From an uncultured delta proteobacterium (GTDB lineage: Bacteria > Desulfobacterota > Binatia > Bin18): 64,000 bases of DNA. The translations under genes were made by a program, and so were the position numbers. Location of the stretch: NCBI GenBank assembly GCA_963733195.1, contig CAVTCR010000028.1, positions 1 to 64,000 on the forward strand. Direction: 5' to 3'. The notes beneath the pieces are model-generated. The model ran no database searches and was not told the DNA's origin. It was given only the letters and a program-made list of their open reading frames with translations. This document shows, piece after piece, positions 1 to 10,017 of the stretch (its first letter is position 1; each line of letters starts with the position of its first letter).

Positions 1-523
1 CCAAACGAATACATATCGATGTCGTGAAAGAGCGTGGGCAGGTCCTCGACCGGTACCGGGATGATGTGGTGAAACAATATCAGGCCCGGCAGCTGGGCAG
101 CGAATTCCGCCACATATTCGCAGTACCCCCGCGACGCAAAGTGATCCACCAGCTCGCCAGCGTACCGTCGCGCGCTGGCTTCGAGGCGGCCCACCGCCGC
201 CGGACTAAAAAAGGGATTCAACACCCGTCGCCAGGCAGTGTGATACGGCGGGTCCAAGTCCTCTGGCAGAATCGGCAGATTCCCTTCGGGTGGATTCCAG
301 CAGCCAGCCGTCCGCACTGCTAAAGGTACGCCAGTCTGCCGCGCAGCGCCGCACGTCCTGGTAACGATTAAAAACGTGGTAGCCGGGTCCAACCTCACTG
401 TGGGCTACCGGACATTTGGTGACGAGATGTTCGAGGACATCCTCGAACTGTTCTGCGAACGCTGGATCTTCAATGTCGAACTGGTCTCTAAAACCGGTCG
501 AAATGGTCAGGCTTGGTCATCAT
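1..523 (-). CDS. Cytochrome P450, N-terminal part (frameshifted, runs off window edge)
   Basis: Not in the ORF track. Manual translation across about 3 frameshifts gives KCPVAHSEVGPGYHVFNRYQDVRRCAADWRTFSS...LPEDLDPPYHTAWRRVLNPFFSPAAV...ELVDHFASRGYCEYVAEFAAQLP, a typical bacterial P450 N-terminus. RBS AAGGGAGG precedes the ATG at 523. Confidence 0.8.
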
Positions 524-911
524 GTCCCTCCCTTAGCTGAAACTTTGCCCTTCCCGTTCCCTACGCTAGACCGTAACAAACGCTAAGGGGAACGTTTGCG
601 GGCCCCGGACAATAAAACGAATCGATCCAAATGACAGATGGTGTCCTCTGCCTCAGCAGACGGCTAGACATGGCAGGAGACCTTCTAAAGCAACTTGGGC
701 TTCGACCCGCGCATGGTCTCACTTTGGTATTGATCAGTCACTATGATCCTCACTTCCTTATGATCTTTTTTCGGGCGTACCGCTCTAACAGTTCTTTCGT
801 GCGACCATCAAACAAAACAGCGTGCGCCGCAGTATTGTCAAGTTATCGTAGAGGACACCAAAAGCTGCATCGAGCAGTCACTGCCCGTATCGCGCTCGGA
901 CTCAGGGCGAA

Positions 912-2512
912 CTAGCGAAGCTCGAAGCCTTCGTACCCCTTAGCGGCAACGTCGGCAAAGATCTCACGGTAGAGCGGCACGCCGCCGGCAAATAAGAGGA
1001 AACGGCCACGCACGTGCTCGGGATTGGTGCTGCCGAAGAACCACGAATCCTGCATCTCATTGATTAGCAGCCCTTTGGCCGATTCATAGCAGCGCTTGGT
1101 CCACGCGTCTTCGGCCTCGGCGGTTGCGGTCATGGTCTCGAACCCATGCTCGCGCATATAGCGAATGCAATCGACGATCCATTCGACGTTGCTCTCCACA
1201 CAGCGAGTGATATTGCAAAACACCGCCGGGTTGTGCGGCCCCATGATGGCCCAGAGGTTCGGGAAGCCCGAGAACTGCACGCCCAGGGTGGTGCGTGGCC
1301 CGTCGGCCCAATGCTCTTGCAGGGTACGACCGTGTTGGCCGCGAATATCCATACGCAGGAGCTCGCCGGTAACGCTATGAAAGCCGGTGGCATAAATAAT
1401 AACGTCGAGTTCATGCAAGTCGTTGCCGGTTTCGATCCCGGTGGGGGTGATCTTCGTGATCGGCGTTTCGCGCAGGTCAACCAATCCGACATTGTCGCGG
1501 TTGAAGGTCTCGTAGTAGTTCTTCTCGCCGGGACACCGCTTCGTGCCGAAAGTGTGCTTCGGGATCAGTTTCTCGGCCATCACCGGATCGGTGACTCGTT
1601 CGCGGATCTTGTGGGCGAGGAACTCGGCGACCTCATCAGCAGCTTGCCTGTGACATAAATGAGTCACTGTAATTGCCAAGCCACAACGCGAACCCGCCGC
1701 GGTCGTACAACTCCTGATAGCGGGCCCAGCGCTCCTCTTTGGGCACGTCCATCGCGGCGCGCGGGTCCGGTTCGTGAATAAAACCCGCCCAGGTGCGTTT
1801 GCACAGTGCGAAAATCTCATGCGCTTTTTCTTTGAGCGCCCGTTGTTCCTCCGCGGTAATCGGGCGGTTGCGTAGCGGGGTGCACCAATTCGCGGTCCGC
1901 TGAAAAACAGTCAGCTGTTCACAGTCGGGGGCAATGGTCTGAATGATCTGGACGGCAGTCGGGCCGGTGCCGATGATGCCGACTCGCTTGCCCGTGAAGT
2001 CGACCGGTTCTTTCGGCCAGCGCGCGCTGTGCAGCGACAGGCCGGCAAAGTCTGCAACCCCTGCATAGTCCGGAAACTGGTGCGCCGAAAGCAGCCCGGT
2101 GGCGCAGATCACATAGCGCGCACGGGCGCGCAAACCGTTGTGGGTCGTCAATCTCCCACCGCTTGTCAGCTTCGTCGTACATGACGGTCGCAACACGCGC
2201 GTTGCACTCGATGTCGCGTTTGAGATCGAATTTATCCGCGACAAAATGCAAATACCGCTCGATTTCCGGCTGGCCCGAGAAATGCTCGCTCCACTCCCAC
2301 TCGTCGATCAGTTCCTGAGAGAAGGAGTATTGGTAAGAATAGCTCTCAGAGTCGAAACGGGCACCCGGGTAGCGATTCCAGTACCAGGTGCCGCCGATAT
2401 CGGTACCGGCCTCGAACACCCTTGCCGAGAGGCCGAGTTCGCGGAGTTTATAGAGCGCATACAGGCCAGACACGCCGGCCCCGATGACGATAGCATCATA
2501 GTGTTGGGTCAC
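912..2512 (-). CDS. Type I Baeyer-Villiger monooxygenase (cyclohexanone monooxygenase family), split by 2 frameshifts
   Basis: ORFs 1919-2569, 1636-2244 and 912-1820 join up. GAGVSG, GGTWYWNRYPG, fingerprint FAGLSLHSARWP, second Rossmann GTGPTA, ATG motif. GTG start at 2512 after GGAGGA. Confidence 0.92.
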
Positions 2513-2708
2513 GATAACAGTCCTCCGTGGTGAGCGATCAGTTTGCATTTCAGCCGGCGACTCTCGCACGACAGCTCCGAGCTGGCCTTTCGTCTGAGAA
2601 CACTTCCCAGACCGTTCCTGGCGGTAGCGTCAAGTTATTGAACCGACAGTTTTGCCGCAACTTGACACTACTCTTTCTGGTTGCGGGTTATCAAATCATC
2701 TTAAAAGT

Positions 2709-2735
2709 GTCCATAGGACATATAGTCTATAGGAC
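2709..2735. promoter_or_regulatory. Tandem near-palindromic operator-like site upstream of BVMO
   Basis: GTCCATAGGAC and GTCTATAGGAC, 5 bp apart, in an AT-rich intergenic region. Confidence 0.35.
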
Positions 2736-2990
2736 TTATTGTCAAGAGGTCAAGTTTCCGCTCCAAGAAGGTAGCAAACCATCAAGGGTTCGCTCAACGT
2801 TTGAGTTCGAGAAGTTGTCTGATGTTCCGTTAAAAAATGCTTTCGCAGCAGCCTTCACTTCGTGTGACCATCAATTTTTCCGGGAAATTTGACAATTTTT
2901 GTCACTGAAAGTGTTTTAAACCACCCGAAAAGTACCCTAGCACCACACAACTTCGCAAACTCATTCGCAAGACCCAACGGTAGGGAGGTC

Positions 2991-3353
2991 GGTTGTGTCG
3001 CAACTTTTCCCTTGATGAGGATTTCGCTATACTTCTCGCCTGATCATGAGGGGAAGGAAAAGTAGGCGGCATGATGAACTTTAAGGGGAGCCAATTCGAG
3101 CGGGAGATCATCATGTGGGCAGTACAGTGGTATATAGCCTATCCGATTTCCTATCGGCAACTTGAGGAAATGATGAGCGAGCGGGGTGTAGCTGTCGATC
3201 ACTCCACGCTCAACCGTTGGGTGAATACAAATACGCCCCAGAGTTCGAGAAAGCGTTCCGTCGCCAACAGTACCCCGTGGGCCGGAGCTGGCGGATGGAC
3301 GAAACCTATAGTGATGATCTCGCTCGTCGACAGTTGGAAATTGCGACAGAGCC
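2991..3353 (+). mobile_element. Internally deleted IS6-family element with both terminal inverted repeats
   Basis: IRL GGTTGTGTCGCAACTT (2991-3006) and IRR AAATTGCGACAGAGCC (3338-3353) match at 13/16. Encodes only the transposase N-terminus (FKGSQFEREII...VDHSTLNRWV...GRSWRMDETY). Confidence 0.85.
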
Positions 3354-3510
3354 TCTTCCAGCACGGCTGCAGCCGATTCGTCAACTGCGCTCGTTCTTCG
3401 ACTAAGTGGGTCCGATAGCGAGTCAGATCGCGCAGCTGCCGTTGGGCGGGGGAGGGAATGAAACTGCTGCGAATCAAGCCATGCCGTAACAGGTCCGCAA
3501 TCCATTCCGC
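3354..3510 (-). pseudogene. IS110-family transposase fragment
   Basis: WIADLLRHGLIRSSFIPSPAQRQLRDLTRYRTHLVEERAQLTNRLQ. Truncated at the IS6 right IR. Confidence 0.75.
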
Positions 3511-3891
3511 TCAGCCGATAAATCGCCGCTTCATAAAGACGAGTGCTTCATTAAGTCTGATTATTCTGGCCTTCCGCTCATTGTTCAGGCGGACTGAACA
3601 TTTTGTTCAATCATTTGTTACGCCTCTTAGGGTGGCGGCGGTGACGAGATAAATGATGGTGCTTTCGGAGCTGGATTACCCAGGAGCTTACACATCGTAA
3701 CGGTAAGGTAAGACTCGAAGTTGGGTTAGGCTACGAAAAGCGGCAATGCTTACCATTCTTATTGGCCAGCCTTATTGGTGTTAGGCTGCTGGCTCACTAT
3801 TCGATCACCGAGTGTTATCAGTAAGGAAGGGAACATGATATGGCCACGCGAAACTGTAGACGAACTCTACGACCTATGAGGAGGAGAACTC

Positions 3892-6426
3892 ATGGCTAAA
3901 CCGTCCAAATCTACTAAGGAAAAAAAGCCAGCGGTCAAAACTGCTCGGCGGAGACGCTCAGCGACTAAAGCGAACCCTGCAACCGGATCAACAACCAAAA
4001 ATTCGCTTCGCATTGCCTACACTCAGCCAGTTTCGGTCAATCCACCAAAGGCAATAACGAAAACCTCACTAACGGTTGCGGCAGGTGCGGCTCCTGAGGT
4101 CCAGACGATCATTTACATTCACGGAATCGGCAACAAACCGCTTGCTTCTGTTCTCAAGTGTCAATGGGACTCGGCATTGTTTAACGTTCAACTTGGCGAC
4201 CGCAGCCGCATGGCCTATTGGGTCAACCGAGACTATTATCCGGTTCCTTCCGACGAAACCTGCGCAGGTGGAGATTTAGTGCAAGTCGATGACGACGAGG
4301 TCACAACTCGGGCTATCATGGCGCAGGCCGCAGGGCGACCAACAAACGAGCAAGAAGCAATCGAAAATGAAATCACTGCGCTGACCGAGGATAAGGCCAG
4401 ACAAGAATGGCTGCGATTGCTCGCGAATAAGATGGTCGCGAAGGCTCTTGCTGACGAGGAAACCATCAAAAAAAGAATCAGGGAAACGACTGGCGTGAGT
4501 GCCAAGGTACTACCGTTGCCTGGGTTTCTCAGGCGTCTGATTACGCAGAAACTCACACGCGCCTTTCTGCGGGATGTTAATGACTTTTTCTTCCATCCTG
4601 ACAGACGGCAGGCGATGCAAGAAAGTCTGGTGGACCGCCTCAACGCTGGCGGTGGCCCATTCGTGGTGATCGCGCATAGTCAGGGGTCAATGATTGCTTA
4701 TAACGTCTTACGCCACCTCACAAAGGCCGACTGCGACGTGCGACTCTTTCTCACTATCGGTTCACCGCTAGGGTTGACAGAGGTGCAAGATCTTTTGCGC
4801 CAGTTCCCTGGTGGGGTATTGGGCGTGCCCGGATGTGTGACCCGCTGGGTCAATGTGGCCGAGTGGCTTGATCCAATAGCAGCTGACCACGACATCTCGA
4901 ATGATTTTACACCAGCAGGAGCAATTGAAAACTTTGATGGATTTCTGTTAAACCCTGACGCCCCTCTGCATCCACACTCGGCAACTGGCTATCTTCAAAG
5001 TGACCCAGTCCGACAGGTAGTCCGTGAAGTCGTAGGGAATGCCTTCGCGCAAGCAGTCGCTAGCACGATCGTTACCAAAGATCTGGTTGAGGATTTGGAG
5101 AATAGCTTCCGTGAGCAGCGCCATGTCGCATTAATACAGCTTACTACGCCTGCTGAGCCTGGCCCACTTGGTCAAACGACGATTTCTGGGGTCCGTACCC
5201 AATTGGTCAAAACTATCTCGGACATGGTCATCGAGAGCGGCGACAGTGTGGACGCAGCTGGCATCGAGCCGCTCAAACGCTTTGTGTCGGCAAAACTCAC
5301 ACGGCTTGAGATTGAACGGTTACGCACGCAGTATAAAGACCTGCAGATTACCAGGGTCTGGCGGGACGCTACGAAGAGAGCGCTCATCTACCAATCCACC
5401 AATACTATTCAGGTCCGCCCTGCTAACCTCGGTTATGGGGCCTTGGGGAAAGATATCGGCTGGGCGGTGCTGGATACTGGCATTTGTGCTGACCATCCGC
5501 ACTTCGAACAATACAAAAACATCATAGCGCAATGGGATTGTACAAAACCAGGGAGGCCAAGTGAGCTGTCGCCCCTCCAAAGCGCGCAACTGGATAAGAA
5601 TGGCCATGGTACTCATGTCGCTGGAATTATTGCCGGTCGGTATGAACTTCCCATGGAGAATGGTGGTCCAGATGTTTTGTTCTCAGGTATGGCACCAGCA
5701 GCAAAATTGTACGGATTTAAAGTTCTTGATGACCAAGGAAGGGGACAAGATTCATACATCATCAAAGCGCTCGACTACATCGCTGATCTTAATGAGGAAG
5801 CAGGACGGTTGGTAATTCAGGGGATCAACCTTAGCCTCGGCGGAGCCTTCGATCCCAGTGTATATGGTTGCGGTCACACGCCACTCTGCCAGGAACTGCG
5901 CCGACTGTGGGGTCAAGGAGTACTGCTCTGTCTAGCGGCTGGGAATGAAGGATATGCGCTCTTACAGGCAGTGGAAGGAAAGGTCCCAGCGAACATGGAC
6001 CTCTCAATGGGCGACCCGGCCAACCTTGATGAAGCAATTGCCACCGGGTCGATTCACAAGTCGAACCCTCATACGTTCGGCGTCTCGTACTTCTCTTCCA
6101 GAGGGCCCACTGCAGATGGCAGAAAAAAACCAGACCTGGTTGCGCCGGGAGAGCAGATTCTTTCTGCTTATCACAATTACAATCGTCGGAAGCCAGTAAA
6201 GCAAAGAATAGCCAGTGATCTCTATGTTGAGATGAGCGGTACCAGTATGGCGTGTCCACACGTCTCAGGACTGTTGGCGGCGTTTCTTTCCATACGGCGA
6301 GAGTTCATTGGCTACCCCAACCAAGTGAAAACGATCCTGCTGGAGAACTGCACCGATCTCAACCGCGATGTGTATATCCAAGGACGAGGCATGCCGAATC
6401 TGATTAAGATGTTAACAAGCAGTTAA
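3892..6426 (+). CDS. Alpha/beta-hydrolase (lipase-like) fused via a prodomain to an S8 subtilisin-like serine protease; no signal peptide
   Basis: Hydrolase motifs YIHGIG, AHSQGS, TIGSPLG, WLDPIA, HPHSATGY. S8 triad VLDTGI / NGHGTHVAGII / SGTSMACPHVSG, plus AAGN. Basic N-terminus without a hydrophobic core. RBS GAGGAGGAG. Confidence 0.9.
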   Translation: MAKPSKSTKEKKPAVKTARRRRSATKANPATGSTTKNSLRIAYTQPVSVNPPKAITKTSLTVAAGAAPEVQTIIYIHGIGNKPLASVLKCQWDSALFNVQLGDRSRMAYWVNRDYYPVPSDETCAGGDLVQVDDDEVTTRAIMAQAAGRPTNEQEAIENEITALTEDKARQEWLRLLANKMVAKALADEETIKKRIRETTGVSAKVLPLPGFLRRLITQKLTRAFLRDVNDFFFHPDRRQAMQESLVDRLNAGGGPFVVIAHSQGSMIAYNVLRHLTKADCDVRLFLTIGSPLGLTEVQDLLRQFPGGVLGVPGCVTRWVNVAEWLDPIAADHDISNDFTPAGAIENFDGFLLNPDAPLHPHSATGYLQSDPVRQVVREVVGNAFAQAVASTIVTKDLVEDLENSFREQRHVALIQLTTPAEPGPLGQTTISGVRTQLVKTISDMVIESGDSVDAAGIEPLKRFVSAKLTRLEIERLRTQYKDLQITRVWRDATKRALIYQSTNTIQVRPANLGYGALGKDIGWAVLDTGICADHPHFEQYKNIIAQWDCTKPGRPSELSPLQSAQLDKNGHGTHVAGIIAGRYELPMENGGPDVLFSGMAPAAKLYGFKVLDDQGRGQDSYIIKALDYIADLNEEAGRLVIQGINLSLGGAFDPSVYGCGHTPLCQELRRLWGQGVLLCLAAGNEGYALLQAVEGKVPANMDLSMGDPANLDEAIATGSIHKSNPHTFGVSYFSSRGPTADGRKKPDLVAPGEQILSAYHNYNRRKPVKQRIASDLYVEMSGTSMACPHVSGLLAAFLSIRREFIGYPNQVKTILLENCTDLNRDVYIQGRGMPNLIKMLTSS

Positions 6427-6445
6427 GTATATTTCCGAAGCGATG

Positions 6446-6509
6446 CAGCCTGGATGAAGCGAAGCGCAACCAGAGCACCTATAGTTTGTTCCCGAATTGC
6501 ATCCGGGCT
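6446..6509. repeat. Degenerate REP-like palindromic element
   Basis: GCAGCCTGGATGAAGCGAAGCGCAA...CCCGAATTGCATCCGGGCT; the two ends are complementary. Confidence 0.45.
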
Positions 6510-6831
6510 TCTCTAAGGAGTAACTTGTCAACCCCAAGGGGTCGGCGGGGCTGGCGGCTGATCCGCGAGAGGGAGACGTTGGATATCAGCAGGCAAGCTG
6601 AACATTGCTATTTGCTCAATAAGAGACAATGCCTGAGGGACACTACCGCACTTAAACGAAACAGGCTCCAAATCATATAGGTCCCCCTTATATTAGGATC
6701 TTTTCCGTATCGAGAGGGAGTAAGCAAAGCGGGCGAGTGCCCGTTAGTCAAATTATTTAAAGTGACAGAAAGTGATATTCTAAAGAGTCCGTATATCTTT
6801 GGAATGGAAATTCAGGAGGAGGGCATACATC

Positions 6832-8349
6832 ATGGCAGCAAAAGCGCCATTGCAGCAATTCATCCTGCTTCCGACACGAGGCTTGCGCGCTCAGGAAACC
6901 ACTGCGAGTGCATCAGTCAAAGCTTTTTTTACCTCTATAAATCCTGAGGCGAAGACTCCCAAAGGGAGATCTGTCAAGGTTTCTGGAGCCCCCAAACTTC
7001 AGATGCGCGTTCTTGACTCGATCGGTAAAAATGGCGCGAAGTTAGTAGAATTACCTGCCGAATCGCTGTCTGATCTCAAAGCTGCTCAGCCAGGAATGCG
7101 AATTGTCCCTATTACATACTACTACCCGGCTGTGGTGCAGCGGCCAACAGTTCGGCCAATGCTTAAGGCGTTCGTTGCGGCTGCATCTGCAACTAAAATC
7201 ACCATAAAAGTTGTCTCGCGCGCGGATGGCAAGCCAGTGGCTGGAGCAGACGTAATTGCTTTCACGAATTTTAGCCAAAGGTTGGGAGCGCAAGGGAAGA
7301 CTAACAAGTCAGGCCGGGTAAGCTTATCGCTCGGGACTGCAGTGAGAAAGTTGGACCGGCTCTATATCTACCCGGAAGTCGGATTTTACAGCTTGCTGAG
7401 AACGAGCATTACCATCTCCTCACAAATGGAGTTGGGACTGCGTCCAGTAGACCTCACGTTTAGTAACTTTTCAGATGCACTGCGGCACTTTTATGGGAAC
7501 ACTGCTGACGATATTGGACAAGGAGTGAAAGTTGCAGTGATAGATACCGGTATTGCGATAAATCACCCCGACCTCAGTGTAGATGGAGGAATGAATACTG
7601 TACTAGGAGAAGACTCTGGTGATTACGATGACAATGGACATGGGCATGGAACCCATGTTGCAGGGATCATTTCCGCGCATGGTTTGCCTCCGACTGGTGT
7701 CCGAGGTGTCGCTCCTGCTGTGACGTTACGTAGCTATCGGGTTTTCGGTGAGGACGAGGAAGGAGCGAGTAATTTTGCTATTGCAAAAGCGATAGATCAA
7801 GCCATTACTGATAAGTGTGATTTGATCAACATGAGCTTGGGCGGCGGTCCTGATGACGCTGCAGTTCGGTCAGCGATTGCGGACGCTCGTGCCCAAGGTT
7901 GCTTAGTTATTGTCGCTAACGGTAATGATTATCGCGAACCTGTGAGTTTTCCTGCTTCGGATTCTCTATCCCTTGCGGTTTCCGCAATGGGACGTCTTGA
8001 AACATTTCCTTCCGACTCTACTGCGGTGGGGGATATAGACGTCCCACGAGGGAAAGACCCGAAAAACTTCGTTGCCGCGTTTTCCAATATTGGACCGGAG
8101 ACTGACTTGATAGGCCCAGGAGTAGATATTGTTTCCACCGTACCCGGGGGGTATGCTCCTATGAGTGGAACGTCGATGGCTTGTCCAGCAGTAACTGGAA
8201 TTGCCGCGAGACTCTTAGCTGCTCGACCGAAAATTCTCGCGATGAGCCGCGATCGAGACCGGTCCGATGAAATGGCCAAACTTGTACTGAAGACGGCTGT
8301 TGCACAGGGCTTTGGCCCTGACTTTGAGGGACAAGGACGTCTCCCCTAG
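6832..8349 (+). CDS. S8 subtilisin-like serine protease with N-terminal prodomain and Ig-like domain; no signal peptide
   Basis: Triad VIDTGI / GHGHGTHVAGII / SGTSMACPAVTG. Beta-rich KITIKVVSRADGKPVAGADV segment. ATG 6832 after AGGAGGAGG. Confidence 0.92.
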   Translation: MAAKAPLQQFILLPTRGLRAQETTASASVKAFFTSINPEAKTPKGRSVKVSGAPKLQMRVLDSIGKNGAKLVELPAESLSDLKAAQPGMRIVPITYYYPAVVQRPTVRPMLKAFVAAASATKITIKVVSRADGKPVAGADVIAFTNFSQRLGAQGKTNKSGRVSLSLGTAVRKLDRLYIYPEVGFYSLLRTSITISSQMELGLRPVDLTFSNFSDALRHFYGNTADDIGQGVKVAVIDTGIAINHPDLSVDGGMNTVLGEDSGDYDDNGHGHGTHVAGIISAHGLPPTGVRGVAPAVTLRSYRVFGEDEEGASNFAIAKAIDQAITDKCDLINMSLGGGPDDAAVRSAIADARAQGCLVIVANGNDYREPVSFPASDSLSLAVSAMGRLETFPSDSTAVGDIDVPRGKDPKNFVAAFSNIGPETDLIGPGVDIVSTVPGGYAPMSGTSMACPAVTGIAARLLAARPKILAMSRDRDRSDEMAKLVLKTAVAQGFGPDFEGQGRLP

Positions 8350-8360
8350 AGGAAAGATCA

Positions 8361-8591
8361 ATGGCCCGCTTTATTTTGCGCTATCAAGGAAAAGGACCAA
8401 AACCTCAACAGAACATTGAGCAAATCCGTTCTTTAGACAATATTTCCATAATTGATGATTCCTCTCCGCGTATGATCTTGGTTGATGCCCCTGAGGATGA
8501 ACTGAAGGCGCTCGTTGACTCGATGCCGGATTGGATTGTAAGCCAAGAGAGAACATATCATTTACCCGACCCACGCCCCAGGCTTCGGTAA
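8361..8591 (+). CDS. Small protein resembling a subtilisin propeptide (inhibitor I9-like)
   Basis: 76 aa, starts 11 bp after the S8 stop, has an RBS. Pattern FIL...IIDD...LVDAPEDELKAL...P...Y...RPRLR parallels the prodomain of the upstream S8 (by-eye alignment). Confidence 0.65.
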   Translation: MARFILRYQGKGPKPQQNIEQIRSLDNISIIDDSSPRMILVDAPEDELKALVDSMPDWIVSQERTYHLPDPRPRLR

Positions 8592-8957
8592 AATAGAAGA
8601 ATAAGTATAGTCTAGAACTTATCCCTAAACCTCTTCCGCCCCGAAAACCTGGATTCCCGCTGTTGCGGAAATGACGGAAAATCGGGCACAAGCACGTCAT
8701 GCCCGCGCAGCCTTCCCAAGTTAAACCGGACTTGTCCAGGTTCTACCGGGAGCGTGCTCCAGACAGAGGTTTTGGACGACTTATTCTGCTCCGTACTACC
8801 CAACACCAAAAGCTCATCAGTGGCTGCCAAGACAGCTGCTCCAATTTCATGGGTACCGAGAGCATAACCGATCGTGAGTTTTTGAATCTCGATCTGATCT
8901 CTGAGTTGTACTTCCATCGATATGGATGCCCCTCCTTGTGGCGTCTCTGTGATCCTT

Positions 8958-9107
8958 GATGTCTTGTTGTGTGTCGACTCGACAACATCGCTGTAGAGAA
9001 CTGTGTGTGCAGCGCCCATTCCAAGAGTGTACCTTGAAGAATCGCCTGTGCGGCACGAAGGTGACCAGCCCCGGAGGACATAGACACAGTAAAACCTTAC
9101 ACATCAT
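8958..9107 (-). pseudogene. Truncated MGDG-synthase/UgtP-like glycosyltransferase N-terminus
   Basis: KVLL..SMSSGAGHLRAAQAI directly after the lipid kinase; the frame decays within ~50 codons. Confidence 0.5.
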
Positions 9108-10002
9108 GAACTTTCCCTACTCTCACACGAAGTGCTGCTGGATGTAGACGGACAGTTAGGCTGACTTCGGCATTGGTGACGGGCTCGCCATCAACATGGA
9201 GACAAAGTAATCGCTGCCCTGTGATCGTCACCTGGGTGATACGACGCATCTCTACATTGGTACTATTGGCAATGGTCCCATTGAAAAGGCGTCGAGCCTC
9301 CCAGAGCGTGGTGAGTGGCGAGCGCGTTTGGATGACTACCAGATCAAGGTGACCATCACTGAGACTCGCGTCGGGAGCGACAATAGCCCCATTGCCGTAT
9401 TGCCGGGAGTTGGCTAGGGCGATGAGCAAGGCTGGGTGATGTCTCGTTTCTCCGTCGATGGTGATGGTATACTCTTCAGGCTGGTAAGAAAGCAGTTCTC
9501 GTGCGGCTATCGTGACATAGGAGAGCAAGCCGCGCCGCCCCTTAGGTCGATTGTTAAACATTGCGGTCACATGAGCATCGAAGCCGATTCCAGCGGTATT
9601 AAAGAACAACTTTCCACCAATTTCTCCAACATCCATGGTCCGGTCAGTACCGTGGAGTGCGCTCTTTAACGCCCGTACGGGATCAAACGGAATATGAAGT
9701 TCTCGTGCGAGGCCATTGCCAGAACCAGCGGGAATCAGACCAAGTGTGGTGGAGCTGAATGCCAGCGCACGACCAACCTCATTCATAGTGCCGTCACCGC
9801 CCCAAGCGAAAACAAGCGAGGTCTTTTGCTCAACTGCCTCGCATGCAAGTTCGTAGGCATGTCCGGGACGCTCGGTAATCCGCACTTCGTGCTCTATTCC
9901 CGTAGACGAAAGAAGGTCCTTTGCTAACTCCGCTCGACTGCGCGCGACCTCCGGGTGTCCATGGGTCCCGGAGATAGGATTGATGATAACGACGACACGC
10001 AT
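9097..10002 (-). CDS. Diacylglycerol/lipid kinase family protein (YegS/DagK-like)
   Basis: INPISG, GGDGT, PAGSGNGLAR, GIGFDA, YGNG and VDGE motifs. Confidence 0.93.
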   Translation of the reverse strand: MRVVVIINPISGTHGHPEVARSRAELAKDLLSSTGIEHEVRITERPGHAYELACEAVEQKTSLVFAWGGDGTMNEVGRALAFSSTTLGLIPAGSGNGLARELHIPFDPVRALKSALHGTDRTMDVGEIGGKLFFNTAGIGFDAHVTAMFNNRPKGRRGLLSYVTIAARELLSYQPEEYTITIDGETRHHPALLIALANSRQYGNGAIVAPDASLSDGHLDLVVIQTRSPLTTLWEARRLFNGTIANSTNVEMRRITQVTITGQRLLCLHVDGEPVTNAEVSLTVRLHPAALRVRVGKVHDV

Positions 10003-10017
10003 AAGAGGGCAACACGA

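Noticed and set aside
3720-3790. GTTAGGC motifs upstream of the S8 genes as an integron cassette start
   Set aside because: No matching attC after the genes; the hairpin at 6446 is REP-like.
8612-8930. Possible SnoaL-like ORF remnant
   Set aside because: Only a short N-terminal resemblance; not supportable.
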